Below are positions 1-9,295 of a stretch of 32,000 bases of DNA, in pieces. Within the stretch, counting starts at the first letter, position 1. Every line of letters begins with the position of its first letter. Origin of the DNA: Planctopirus limnophila DSM 3776 (lineage in GTDB: Bacteria; Planctomycetota; Planctomycetia; Planctomycetales; Planctomycetaceae); the NCBI RefSeq assembly GCF_000092105.1, contig NC_014148.1, forward strand, positions 4,740,001-4,772,000, read 5' to 3'. The translations under genes and the position numbers were made by a program. The notes beneath the pieces are model-generated. The model ran no database searches and had not been told where the DNA came from. It was given only the letters and a program-made list of their open reading frames with translations.

Positions 1-1772
1 ATTCGTTCTACCATCTCGAAGAACTGATGGCTGTCGTCTTTCGTTCGGTTCTTGAGCGACCTGCAGAACTCAAGGCGTTCGACGCTTTGCGAGAATCGGA
101 TAAAGACTGGTATCTGGCACCACGACTCATGGGAGCCATGTGCTATGTCGATCTCTTCGCGGGAACGCTGCGAAATCTTGAAGCCAAAATTCCCTATCTG
201 ATTGAACTGGGAATTACCTATCTTCACTTAATGCCTATTTATAAAGTTCATTCGACCGATTGCGATGGAGGGTATGCCGTCAGCGATTATCGCACGATCA
301 ATCCCAGGTTCGGGACAATGGAAGATCTGGAGCATCTGGCAACGCAACTGCGCCGCCATGGGATTTCTCTCGTGCTTGATTTCGTGTTCAACCATACTTC
401 CGATGAGCATCAATGGGCCCAACGAGCATTGAATGGCGAACGCGACTATCAGGATTATTATCTCTTCTTCAAAGATCGGGTTTTACCCGATCAATACGAA
501 CGGACTTTAGTTGAAGTCTTTCCCGAGGAGCATCCCGGTGCATTCACATATCAGACAGCACTCGGCCAATGGGTCTGGACAACGTTTTATACTTCTCAAT
601 GGGATCTCAATTATCGCAACCCCGAAGTGCTGGTGCGAATGCTGGACGAACTCCTGTTCCTTGCCAATCGAGGCGTCGAAATCGTTCGTCTGGATGCCAT
701 TGCATTTATCTGGAAGGAATTAGGAACCAACTGCCAGAATCTCCCTCAGGCGCATACGATCGTCAGTGTGCTCAATGCTGCCACGCAAATTGCAGCACCT
801 GCTGTGGTCTTCAAGTCCGAAGCGATTGTGCATCCTGATGAAGTCCGTACTTATATTCATCGTGCGGAATGCGTTCTCAGTTACAATCCGGAACTGATGG
901 CACTTCTTTGGGAATCGTTGGCGACCCGAAATATCCGCACGTTACTCGCTTCTGTCAGAAAAAGATTTCCTCTCCCGGACGGTTGTGTCTGGGTGAACTA
1001 TATAAGAAGCCATGATGATATTGGCTGGTCGATCACCGACGAAGAAATCCGCGAGGCAGGCTATGACCCGGTTGCCCATCGACGATTTCTCACGCAGTTT
1101 TATACAGGTCGGGTCGAAGGTAGTTTTGCTGAAGGTGTCCCCTTTCAGGAGAATTCGAGTACAGGTGATGCCCGTGTTTCCGGGACATGTGCCTCATTAG
1201 CCGGTCTGGGAAAAGCCATTCGCAATCAGGATCCTGTCGAAATCGATCTCGCAATTGGCAGAGTGTTGCTGCTATATGGTGTCGTCATGACCATTGGTGG
1301 TATTCCGCTGATCTATTTAGGAGACGAGATCGGTTCGTTGAATGATGAAAGGTATTTAGACGATCCATTAAGAAAAGCGGATTCGCGTTGGATTCACAGG
1401 CCGCAATTCCCGTGGGAGCAGATGCAGGAGGTGGCCGATCATGATACTCCGGCTGCCCGCATTCATGACGGCATTCTGAAACTGGGGATCATCAGGCGAC
1501 AGAATCTGGCCCTGCGCCCCGGGAAAACGGAGTTTGTAGGGACAGGCAACGATCATGTTCTCGGTTACTTCCGCACGCATGCACAGGCCAGCGTACTGAT
1601 ACTTGCGAACTTCACAGAGCAGGTTGAAGCGGTGGAAGGCCGTATTCTTCGCGGATTAGGCTTACGGCGGACAGTCATCGATCAGGTTTCAGGGATGACA
1701 ATCTCTTCAGGAACGACGTTGGAACTCCAGCCGTATCAGTTCATGATTCTTGACCGTCAAGGAAGTCGATAA
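1..1772 (+). CDS. Amylosucrase-type GH13 glucosyl hydrolase/transferase; the 5' end probably runs off the window
   Basis: The frame is open from nt 3 to the stop at 1770-1772, with no stop upstream of the first Met at 27. GH13 conserved regions are present: DFVFNHTS (I), VRLDAIAFIWK (II), FKSEAIVHP (III), NYIRSHDDIGW (IV). Regions II-IV are the amylosucrase-subfamily versions as I remember them. Confidence 0.85.
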   Translation, partial: SFYHLEELMAVVFRSVLERPAELKAFDALRESDKDWYLAPRLMGAMCYVDLFAGTLRNLEAKIPYLIELGITYLHLMPIYKVHSTDCDGGYAVSDYRTINPRFGTMEDLEHLATQLRRHGISLVLDFVFNHTSDEHQWAQRALNGERDYQDYYLFFKDRVLPDQYERTLVEVFPEEHPGAFTYQTALGQWVWTTFYTSQWDLNYRNPEVLVRMLDELLFLANRGVEIVRLDAIAFIWKELGTNCQNLPQAHTIVSVLNAATQIAAPAVVFKSEAIVHPDEVRTYIHRAECVLSYNPELMALLWESLATRNIRTLLASVRKRFPLPDGCVWVNYIRSHDDIGWSITDEEIREAGYDPVAHRRFLTQFYTGRVEGSFAEGVPFQENSSTGDARVSGTCASLAGLGKAIRNQDPVEIDLAIGRVLLLYGVVMTIGGIPLIYLGDEIGSLNDERYLDDPLRKADSRWIHRPQFPWEQMQEVADHDTPAARIHDGILKLGIIRRQNLALRPGKTEFVGTGNDHVLGYFRTHAQASVLILANFTEQVEAVEGRILRGLGLRRTVIDQVSGMTISSGTTLELQPYQFMILDRQGSR

Positions 1773-1793
1773 ACTTGTTCTGGGGAAGACCAT

Positions 1794-2339
1794 TTGACTG
1801 CCAGTAGGAGTGAGAAAGTGTTTGCGGGGAGGAACTGCAATCACATCGAGTTTCGTCCGTGTCAGGGCGATGAAATCAATCTGCTGCGTGAGTTGTTCGT
1901 GGCGGCTGTCATGGAGTTGACAGGTGGCGAATACTCGCTGGAGCAGCGAAGGGCCTGGGTATCGAGTGCAGCCGACAAAGTGGAATTCTGTGCCCGGATG
2001 GAAGCCCAGCAACCGTTTGTGGCCATGCTGCAAGACAGGATCGCGGGGTATGCTGACTTACAGCCCGATGGCCTGATCGATCACTTTTATGTAGCCCCCT
2101 GGGCCAAAGGACAAAGAGTCGCCAGTGGCATGTTGCAGCACATTGAAAAGCTCGCTCATTCTCAAGGGATGACCACAATTCACGCTCTCGTGAGTCTGAC
2201 GGCTGAACCATTCTTCTTGCGGAAAAACTTCGTCGTTGTTGAACGACGAATCGCCACGCGAGCCGGTGTCACGTTACCCCATGCCCTCTTGCAAAAAGAT
2301 CTCACGCTTAAGAGTACGCGAGAATCTCTACCGGGATGA
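1794..2339 (+). CDS. GNAT-family N-acetyltransferase
   Basis: 181-aa ORF with a TTG start in the track; the exact start is uncertain. It has GNAT size and layout, with a motif-A-like acetyl-CoA loop HFYVAPWAKGQRVASGMLQHIEKLA. Confidence 0.7.
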   Translation: MTASRSEKVFAGRNCNHIEFRPCQGDEINLLRELFVAAVMELTGGEYSLEQRRAWVSSAADKVEFCARMEAQQPFVAMLQDRIAGYADLQPDGLIDHFYVAPWAKGQRVASGMLQHIEKLAHSQGMTTIHALVSLTAEPFFLRKNFVVVERRIATRAGVTLPHALLQKDLTLKSTRESLPG

Positions 2340-2423
2340 CTCATTGTCAGGTTTTGCAAGTAGATCATCTTAGGATTTCACATCGAATTGAACCACAACG
2401 TCTGTCTGATTCGTGACATTCAA

Positions 2424-3185
2424 TTAATGGCCGGTTGTCGTTGCTTCTGAGGATGGTTTGGTGGTGTGATGGGCTTTGCGCACGTTTGATTCCTGCCACA
2501 TCTGCAGCAGTTCGATCCCGAGTGAGAAGGCCATGGCGAAGTAGACGTAGCCTTTGGGGATCTTGTGATGGAAGCCTTCGCCTACGAGCAGCACACCGAT
2601 CAGCAGCAGGAAGGAGAGAGCGAGCAACTTAATCGCAGGGTGCTCATCAACAAAGCGCACAATCGCTCCGGAAAAGATCAGCATCACAATTACACTCACA
2701 ATCACAGCCGCCACAATGACGGGGATGTTGTCGGTAATACCCACAGCCGTAATGACCGAATCGAGACTGAAGACGACGTCGATCGCAATCACCTGGGCCA
2801 GCATCCAGAAGAGCGAAGCGGGAGCTTTCCCATCTTTATGCGCTTCGTGCACCACGGTCACTTTGTGATGAATTTCGTAAGTCGCTTTACCAATCAGGAA
2901 CAAGCCACCAGTAATCAGCACGAGGTCTTTTCCCGAAATACTGGTTTCGAGAATGGTGAAAAGCGGCTCTTTGAGCTTCAAAACCCAACTGAGTGAAAAG
3001 AGCAGGCCAATCCGCGAAACAACCGCCAGACTGATCCCCAGTTGACGGGCAAAATTCTGCTTATCTTTAGGGAGCTTCCCCGCCAGAATCGCGATGAAGA
3101 TAATGTTGTCGATCCCGAGCACAATCTCGAGCAGAGTCAACGTGAAGAAGGCGATGATCAGTTCGGTCGAGAACATCCTTGGCAA
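2424..3185 (-). CDS. TerC-family integral membrane protein
   Basis: 253 aa and multi-pass hydrophobic. It has the paired TerC signatures LEIVLGIDNIIFIAILAGKLP and IAIDVVFSLDSVITAVG. Confidence 0.85.
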   Translation of the reverse strand: MPRMFSTELIIAFFTLTLLEIVLGIDNIIFIAILAGKLPKDKQNFARQLGISLAVVSRIGLLFSLSWVLKLKEPLFTILETSISGKDLVLITGGLFLIGKATYEIHHKVTVVHEAHKDGKAPASLFWMLAQVIAIDVVFSLDSVITAVGITDNIPVIVAAVIVSVIVMLIFSGAIVRFVDEHPAIKLLALSFLLLIGVLLVGEGFHHKIPKGYVYFAMAFSLGIELLQMWQESNVRKAHHTTKPSSEATTTGH

Positions 3186-3444
3186 ACCCCTGACTTAAGA
3201 CCGTTGTTTCGATCTGGCTGTCCTTCAAGAACAGTTACCAGTCGCCAGATCTTTCGGCTATCGGGATCGTGATGGCAACTGGAATGAGACTTGGCCAGAT
3301 GCTGACATTTCTGAAGAAGAGTTGCCAGTGAATCATTCATACCGCAATCTTAAAGACCTGAATCAGGTCCATCATGAGACAGATCGAATAGCAAGATGAA
3401 TCTGCATCTATGAATATCTGGAATTCAGCATTATCTGATGCATG

Positions 3445-4473
3445 TCAATCGGCCAGAGGATGAGGGCGCTCTCCTGCGGGTGCATCCGCCAGTGGGTGGA
3501 TTGTCTCGTGGTAGACAGCATGGTTCACGCCAGTTGGCTCAACCGCCGATTCTTCGAAGCTGACATGGGCGATGCCACTGTCGCTGGTAAGTGCTGACTG
3601 TGCCGCGTTGGCTGCTGCCGGTCGTATTCTTCGAGAAGGGGCTGTCGTGACAGCATTCGTAGAGGTCTGCTGCGGGATTGGACGCTCCGTTGTTGTAGAC
3701 GGGGCATAGGGCGCTGTTGATGTTGCCACATTCTGCTGAGCGGCCAGTTGCCGGGTGATCGACTCGCGAGAGGCCTGCTGCTGCAGCGTTTCAATTGGGA
3801 TGGTCGTCGCTCGCATGGCTCCCTTGCCCGATTCCGAAGCCGGACCACTCGCATTGTCTTGGGCAACCATCGAACCTTGAGTCAGCATTTGCCGCGACTT
3901 GTCGTTGGCAACTCCCGCTGGGCCCACAAAGCGTTCGACATTCATGGCTGCCGAAGCCATCGCGGGCTGACTCCCTTCCATCCGCACGGAAATCATGTCC
4001 GAAAAGAGTGGCGCATTGCCACCTTCGGGAATGTATCGCAATCTCACACTGCAGACGGCGGCATGATTGCCTTTACGCATGTACGGGATAAAGACATTGT
4101 ATGCCGGGCCCAACGTGTTGGACTGGCGATGCATGTTCCAGACATCGGCGTCGAAATCAAACTGATGAACGGGCTTCATCTGCTCTTCGGTCGTGCCAAT
4201 ATTGTCGAAGACATAGACGCGAATCTCTCCGCGAACTGCCAGGGGGACGGCCGACCGCGCTTCCATGAACATCACCTGGCCGGCAAAGCCCCGGCACGGT
4301 TTTCCTTCCGGGTCACGGCCTTCCGCAGGGTTCCACAGGCACACAATCTGGCCAATGGGCCGCTTGGAACTGGAGAATTCGACCTTTTCAGCCTGTTGTG
4401 GCCAGCCAGTTGTCAGCAAAGTGGCACACCCCGAGAGCGAATGCGTCAGCAGGATCACTGCCAGCAATCTCAT
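3445..4473 (-). CDS. Hypothetical lipoprotein with a folded N-terminal half and a S/T/A/Q-rich disordered tail
   Basis: Lipobox LLTHSLSG-C follows the Met at 4473; the track ORF starts 8 codons earlier at 4497. No family recognised. It lies less than 80 nt downstream of the secretin on the same strand. Confidence 0.65.
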   Translation of the reverse strand: MRLLAVILLTHSLSGCATLLTTGWPQQAEKVEFSSSKRPIGQIVCLWNPAEGRDPEGKPCRGFAGQVMFMEARSAVPLAVRGEIRVYVFDNIGTTEEQMKPVHQFDFDADVWNMHRQSNTLGPAYNVFIPYMRKGNHAAVCSVRLRYIPEGGNAPLFSDMISVRMEGSQPAMASAAMNVERFVGPAGVANDKSRQMLTQGSMVAQDNASGPASESGKGAMRATTIPIETLQQQASRESITRQLAAQQNVATSTAPYAPSTTTERPIPQQTSTNAVTTAPSRRIRPAAANAAQSALTSDSGIAHVSFEESAVEPTGVNHAVYHETIHPLADAPAGERPHPLAD

Positions 4474-4551
4474 GCAGATATCAGAGTGAACAAACATTTG
4501 TTGGCATCCGGGCTAGGCAAAGGGGAAAAGATCGAGCCAGCGAGACAGGGC

Positions 4552-7500
4552 TCATCGACGGAATGAATACCACTTTTTGGGAGGTGTGGCCGACTTATCC
4601 TGGGCCTTGGTGGGCTCACCTTTTTTGGAAGGAGATGAACCTTTGGATGATTCAGCCACTGAAGGTTGAGTGATCTGGATGACGCCTGTGTCTGGGAGAT
4701 GGCCATAAGGATCGGGCTGCATCTCATCCGTCGCACTCGCCTGTTGGATCGACGGGTCTTTCAACTGTTTTCTGGTCTGCCCGGGAACATCCGGGATCGG
4801 TGGTTGCGGCAAGAGTTGTGGGGCCGGACCTGATTGTGGATTTTGGATGCCTGGCGATGGTGGCATCGGGTCGACTGATGGCACACTCGGCGAGAGCTGG
4901 TTCGTCCAGTCGGGATCGCCCATCACAGGAGCATTGATCGCTCGCAAGGGTCCGTGGATTTCTTCGGCTTCGCACTCAATAAAGTGCAGTCGGCCCATTT
5001 CGACATCCTTGATGAACTCCGAATCCGCATCTGAAGAAATCACACGCGGTGTCAGGAAAATCAGCAGTTCCGTACGAACATGACTCTTGCTGTCATATCG
5101 GAACAGATGCCCCACGATGGGAATATCGCCAATAAAGGGGACTTTGCGTTCGCTGGTTTCATCCGTTGCGGTAATCATGCCCCCCATGACAACGGTCTGG
5201 CCATTGGGAACGCTGATCGCAGTTCGAGCAGCACTGATATCCTTGATGGGCGATTCGATCACGTTGCCGTTGGTGGCGTCGGTAAAGATGGGGACACCGT
5301 TCCCACGGAACTGGCTCTTTTCGGCGATGAGTTCCATCACGATGGTCCCATCAGGTGAAATTCGTGGTGTGACCGTGAGAATAATCCCTGCCTGATCCTG
5401 ACGAATCTGAGGGTTTGCCAATCCAGTGGCACCAATCTGCACACCGTCGACAATTGGCACCTGCTGGCCCACCTGAATCTGGGCCTGCTGGTTGTCCAGT
5501 GTGCGAATCTGTGGTCGCGAGAGTACCTGTAATCGGCGGCGTGAAGCCAGGGCACGAATCAGCACGTTGACCGATTCCGAACCTGCGGAAAGAACCAGAC
5601 CACCATAACCCAGGTCGTTATTCACACGTCCCAGCGAGAAGCTAGACAAACCCTGTGAACCCACACTGGAGGGATTAATCGTCGTATTATTCCCGAGAGG
5701 TGTATTCGGGTTATTGAACAGAAAGCCGGGAGCTGCCGTTTGCGACACGACACGCTGTGTGGTGGTTTGTGTACCGTTCGGCGAAGTGGTGGTTTCGGTC
5801 AAAGTCACCAGGTCATCGACGACGCTGCGGTCGAAGAGCACCGAATCCTGCAGGCCCAGTTCGACACCAAACTCATCGACGTTATCGAGTGTCACTTCCA
5901 CAATCAGAGCCTGAATGATCACCTGACGTGGTGCCTGATCAAGTTCCATGACCAGTCGAGTGATCTCATCGTAGTACCTCGGTGTGGCACTGATGAGGAG
6001 GCTGTTGGTGCCAGTTTCGGGAACCACAACAACTTCGCGTTCGAGCTGTTCGACCGTGCTGATCAAGTTCGGGTTCTGCTGGGAGAGCTGCAACTGCGAA
6101 TTAACGAACTGTGTCACTGCTGTGGAAACAGCGAGTGCCGGGCTGTTCTTGAGCTTGAAGACGACGTTCTTGCGTTCGCGCAGATCGGATTCATCGAGCC
6201 TGAGCAGGATGGCTTCCACGACACGTAAGGCTTCCGCCCCGCCAATCGCAGTAATACTGTTGGTACGCGTATCAACACTGAACCGCAGTGGGATCAGATT
6301 GCTCGAAGCGTCGTCAGCTCCCGCCACCGCCAGCCCCAGTTGCTGTCGTAACGCGTTGTTCCCGCCCCCCTGCTGGTTTCCACCGGGTGAGAAGAGTTGC
6401 TGCAACTGTGTCACCAGTTGTGAGGCATCAGCATTTGTCAGCGTAAACACCTTGATCTCAGCCACTGCTGCTGTGGGTTGATCGAGCTGACGAATCAGTT
6501 CTTCCAGCAGCGGAATACTTTGCTCAGGAGCTGAAAGAATCAGACTGTTCATGCGCGTATCGGGCGTAATGCGAATGTCGGCCAGCATCCCGGAACGCAG
6601 GGCTTTTTTATCACCCGCCAGGAAGGACAGAATTGCGGGTCTGACCTGTCGGAAATCTTCTGCCACCTGGTTGCCACCCAAACCACTGTTGGCACCACCC
6701 TGGTTCGCCGCCTGATTCGATGGAGGCGAAAGCACACTTTGAATGGCCGCATTGATCACAGCCGAGAGTTCGACAGCGACGGCGTTCTTCAAAGGAATGA
6801 TCTTGACCTGGTTGACAGCGGCCATTTCGTCGCGATCGACCTTGGCAATCAACGCCTTCACCTGATCCAGATCACGTGGACGAGCCCGCACAATCACCGA
6901 GTTTGAACGAGGATCGGCAATCGCGAGCACGCGGGCGCCTAAACCAACTCTGGTGGCATAGAAAGCCGTGATATTCGTCACCACCTGTGAAGCGACTGCG
7001 GTCTTCAGACTGAAGACTTCAAATTCCGATTCCGGATCTGTCGGCTGATCGAGTTCTTCTGCCAGTTCCAGAATCGAATCGAGATCGGTCTTTGGTGCCA
7101 CAATGATCAACGCATTTGGGGTATCGACAGGGATAATCGCCACATTCTGGCGGGGTTGTGTCGCCCGGCCAGGGAACTTCGCCAAGCTGTCGAACACCAG
7201 CGTGAGCAGTTCACTCATCGCGGGTGAATCGGTGTGACTCAGGTAGAGCACATGCAACTGAGGAGCGGTATTCTCACTGAGAGCTTCGAGCTCTCGAATG
7301 ACTTTCATGACCTGCTCCACGTCGGCTTCATTACCACGCAGAATCAGCACACCCAGATCCCCAATCGCTTCGATGTTCACATCACCTTTGAGATTGGTCA
7401 CGACATCAGAAATCGCCGAGTTGCCACGAGGTGGCTGTGCTGCCTCGGGTTTGGCCTGTGCAGGCGCCGGGGCAAAAGGATCATCATTTTCCCGCTGCGG

Positions 7501-8961
7501 ATTGGCAGCGGGAGTATTGCCTGCTTGGGCGACAGTCAGTCGATTCTGCCGGCGCATCTTTTCCAGATCGGGCTGATACTGGGCCAGCATGATCGCTGCC
7601 TGAGGAGTCGTTGGAACGATCTTCGCATCGCTTGGCCAATCGCCCTTAGTATCAAGCGAAGTCAACAGATCGACCACTCCGCGGGCGACGGCTTCGGAAC
7701 CATCGACGTAGAGCTGATCGCGCTCATCATCGATCGAAACCATGAATTCAATCGCCGTTGTACTCTTACCGGGAAGCCTCGAGACAGAGAACGCCGGCTT
7801 GCCCGCGCGACCGGCATCAACCAGCCGGGCATTTTCCTTGTGCGAGCGATACAGCACTTTCGCCAGCTCAGCCGCTTTGTGCTGTCGGGGTTTGAAGGCA
7901 ATCGCTACCGGTGGTTTGGCCACTGGCTGTGGGACAGGCTTGATCTCACTGGCTGCGAGGGGATGCCCCGCAGCTGGTGCCACAGGTTGTAACAACGGAT
8001 GGGTATTGGCCGCAGCGGGTACTTCATGTCCCAGTGTCATGACGTTCTGGGTTACGACGTTCTGGGGCATGAAGTTTTGTGGTGTCTTAGCAACGGGAAG
8101 AGGGGCCACAGGTGACTGGCTTGGCAGACCGGCAATTTGCTGACCACTGATCTGCTGAATCTGTCCCGGATGTAATGTGGGAGCCGTTTCATAGGGTGCA
8201 GACAATGGATGCTGCGCACTCATCCCGGGAGGAACTTGAGCATAAGGGCCAGTTGGTAATGGCTGGACAGGCCGGGCTGGTTGCATGCCCGGTGTCTGTA
8301 ATGGTGGCCCGTAAGCACTCTGGCTTTGCTGCGCCTGGAGCTGCTGGGCCGGCGTATAAGGCGATGTATGCAATTCGACAGGCTGATACTTGGGGCGAAT
8401 GCTGGGCAAATCCATCAGGACGATGAACTTCCCTTTTTCAATCAGTCGAAAGCCGAGAGGTTCGATCTCTTTGTTGAGAATGCGAATGGCATCAGCCCGC
8501 GAGTATTCCTGCTTATCAATGCGTGTAAAGCGGCCCGTGGGGACACGTTCCATAATCAACTCAGACTGCGACTCTTCGGCAAGCTGCTCGAAGACTTTCT
8601 GCCAGTTCGAGCCCCAGTGATTGAGCTTCACGCGAGGTCCCGCATCCTGCTGATCGCCGACAGCAGGAGCGTTCACTCCAAAACCAGAGTTGGTATGGTG
8701 CGGCGAAACCTTCTGCTGGCCATTCGTCAGTGGCACAATCGGCTCGCGGCCATAGACCATCTCGCTCGGACTGAGCAGTGTGCAGGCCGTTCCCAGCAGC
8801 AACTGAGCACAACCCCACCAGACACTATTCTGAGTCTGTGGAAATAATGTTCTTACAGCCCGCAATCCGGGAGGGATTGATGTCAGCATGTGACTACCAT
8901 AGGAAAGGAGGTGTGGCAGGTATTGCCGGTGGGAAGATGCACGATCAGAGATGGCGTACAT
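4552..8961 (-). CDS. Giant secretin (GspD/PilQ superfamily) with P/Q-rich low-complexity spacers
   Basis: C-terminal secretin core includes VPFIGDIPIVGHLFRYDSKSHVRTELLIFLTPRVI. There are several N-domain-like repeats (e.g. NVAIIPVDTPNALIIVAPKTDLDSILELAEELD, MNSLILSAPEQSIPLLEELIRQLD). The start is uncertain; the Met at 8889 gives a more signal-peptide-like N-terminus. Confidence 0.85.
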   Translation of the reverse strand: MYAISDRASSHRQYLPHLLSYGSHMLTSIPPGLRAVRTLFPQTQNSVWWGCAQLLLGTACTLLSPSEMVYGREPIVPLTNGQQKVSPHHTNSGFGVNAPAVGDQQDAGPRVKLNHWGSNWQKVFEQLAEESQSELIMERVPTGRFTRIDKQEYSRADAIRILNKEIEPLGFRLIEKGKFIVLMDLPSIRPKYQPVELHTSPYTPAQQLQAQQSQSAYGPPLQTPGMQPARPVQPLPTGPYAQVPPGMSAQHPLSAPYETAPTLHPGQIQQISGQQIAGLPSQSPVAPLPVAKTPQNFMPQNVVTQNVMTLGHEVPAAANTHPLLQPVAPAAGHPLAASEIKPVPQPVAKPPVAIAFKPRQHKAAELAKVLYRSHKENARLVDAGRAGKPAFSVSRLPGKSTTAIEFMVSIDDERDQLYVDGSEAVARGVVDLLTSLDTKGDWPSDAKIVPTTPQAAIMLAQYQPDLEKMRRQNRLTVAQAGNTPAANPQRENDDPFAPAPAQAKPEAAQPPRGNSAISDVVTNLKGDVNIEAIGDLGVLILRGNEADVEQVMKVIRELEALSENTAPQLHVLYLSHTDSPAMSELLTLVFDSLAKFPGRATQPRQNVAIIPVDTPNALIIVAPKTDLDSILELAEELDQPTDPESEFEVFSLKTAVASQVVTNITAFYATRVGLGARVLAIADPRSNSVIVRARPRDLDQVKALIAKVDRDEMAAVNQVKIIPLKNAVAVELSAVINAAIQSVLSPPSNQAANQGGANSGLGGNQVAEDFRQVRPAILSFLAGDKKALRSGMLADIRITPDTRMNSLILSAPEQSIPLLEELIRQLDQPTAAVAEIKVFTLTNADASQLVTQLQQLFSPGGNQQGGGNNALRQQLGLAVAGADDASSNLIPLRFSVDTRTNSITAIGGAEALRVVEAILLRLDESDLRERKNVVFKLKNSPALAVSTAVTQFVNSQLQLSQQNPNLISTVEQLEREVVVVPETGTNSLLISATPRYYDEITRLVMELDQAPRQVIIQALIVEVTLDNVDEFGVELGLQDSVLFDRSVVDDLVTLTETTTSPNGTQTTTQRVVSQTAAPGFLFNNPNTPLGNNTTINPSSVGSQGLSSFSLGRVNNDLGYGGLVLSAGSESVNVLIRALASRRRLQVLSRPQIRTLDNQQAQIQVGQQVPIVDGVQIGATGLANPQIRQDQAGIILTVTPRISPDGTIVMELIAEKSQFRGNGVPIFTDATNGNVIESPIKDISAARTAISVPNGQTVVMGGMITATDETSERKVPFIGDIPIVGHLFRYDSKSHVRTELLIFLTPRVISSDADSEFIKDVEMGRLHFIECEAEEIHGPLRAINAPVMGDPDWTNQLSPSVPSVDPMPPSPGIQNPQSGPAPQLLPQPPIPDVPGQTRKQLKDPSIQQASATDEMQPDPYGHLPDTGVIQITQPSVAESSKGSSPSKKGEPTKAQDKSATPPKKWYSFRR

Positions 8962-9295
8962 CCAATGAAGTATTCGGAAGAATAAACCATCAGGTATGAA
9001 GGAAAGGTCGCTGAGTTTCGCCGGAATTCAGGTTGGTAAGATGTCTGAGCGAACGATTTCGCCACTCTTCGGCAACTCCTGCCGCCAGGCATTCCCAGAG
9101 AGAGGTGAATGACGAAATTTCCAACATTTTGACTACCGAATCGGCATCGGCAAAATCTGCCACTCGATTCCGATCAGGACTTGTCAAGCACCCTGCTGCT
9201 GTTGAAGTCACTCCCCGCATGAGACACTTGTCACCCGGCGTGTTAAGCTGAAAAATCGAAGCACATAACAAATAAAAAACCATCCATAGGTTTTG

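Noticed and set aside
3186-3330. Possible yybP-ykoY (Mn2+) riboswitch in the leader of the TerC-family gene
   Set aside because: TerC-family genes often carry this riboswitch. I read the minus-strand leader and found neither the conserved GGGGAGUAG segment nor the UUGACAUA-type segment. Only short complementary 7-8-mers are present (GATCTGGC at 3211-3218 versus GCCAGAT at 3244-3250 and 3294-3300), which is not enough to call an RNA element.
3748-4566. 272-aa plus-strand ORF (and 3795-4091, 4265-4489) antisense to the lipoprotein gene
   Set aside because: The translation is Arg/Gly/His-rich and looks like the mirror frame of a GC-rich gene. The minus-strand product has a clean lipobox and protein-like composition.
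7234-7992. 252-aa plus-strand ORF, with several others (5740-6228, 5984-6481, 8326-8847), inside the secretin gene
   Set aside because: All lie antisense to a 1469-aa ORF that has unmistakable secretin motifs. None shows a recognisable motif, and all have R/C/H-rich shadow-frame composition.
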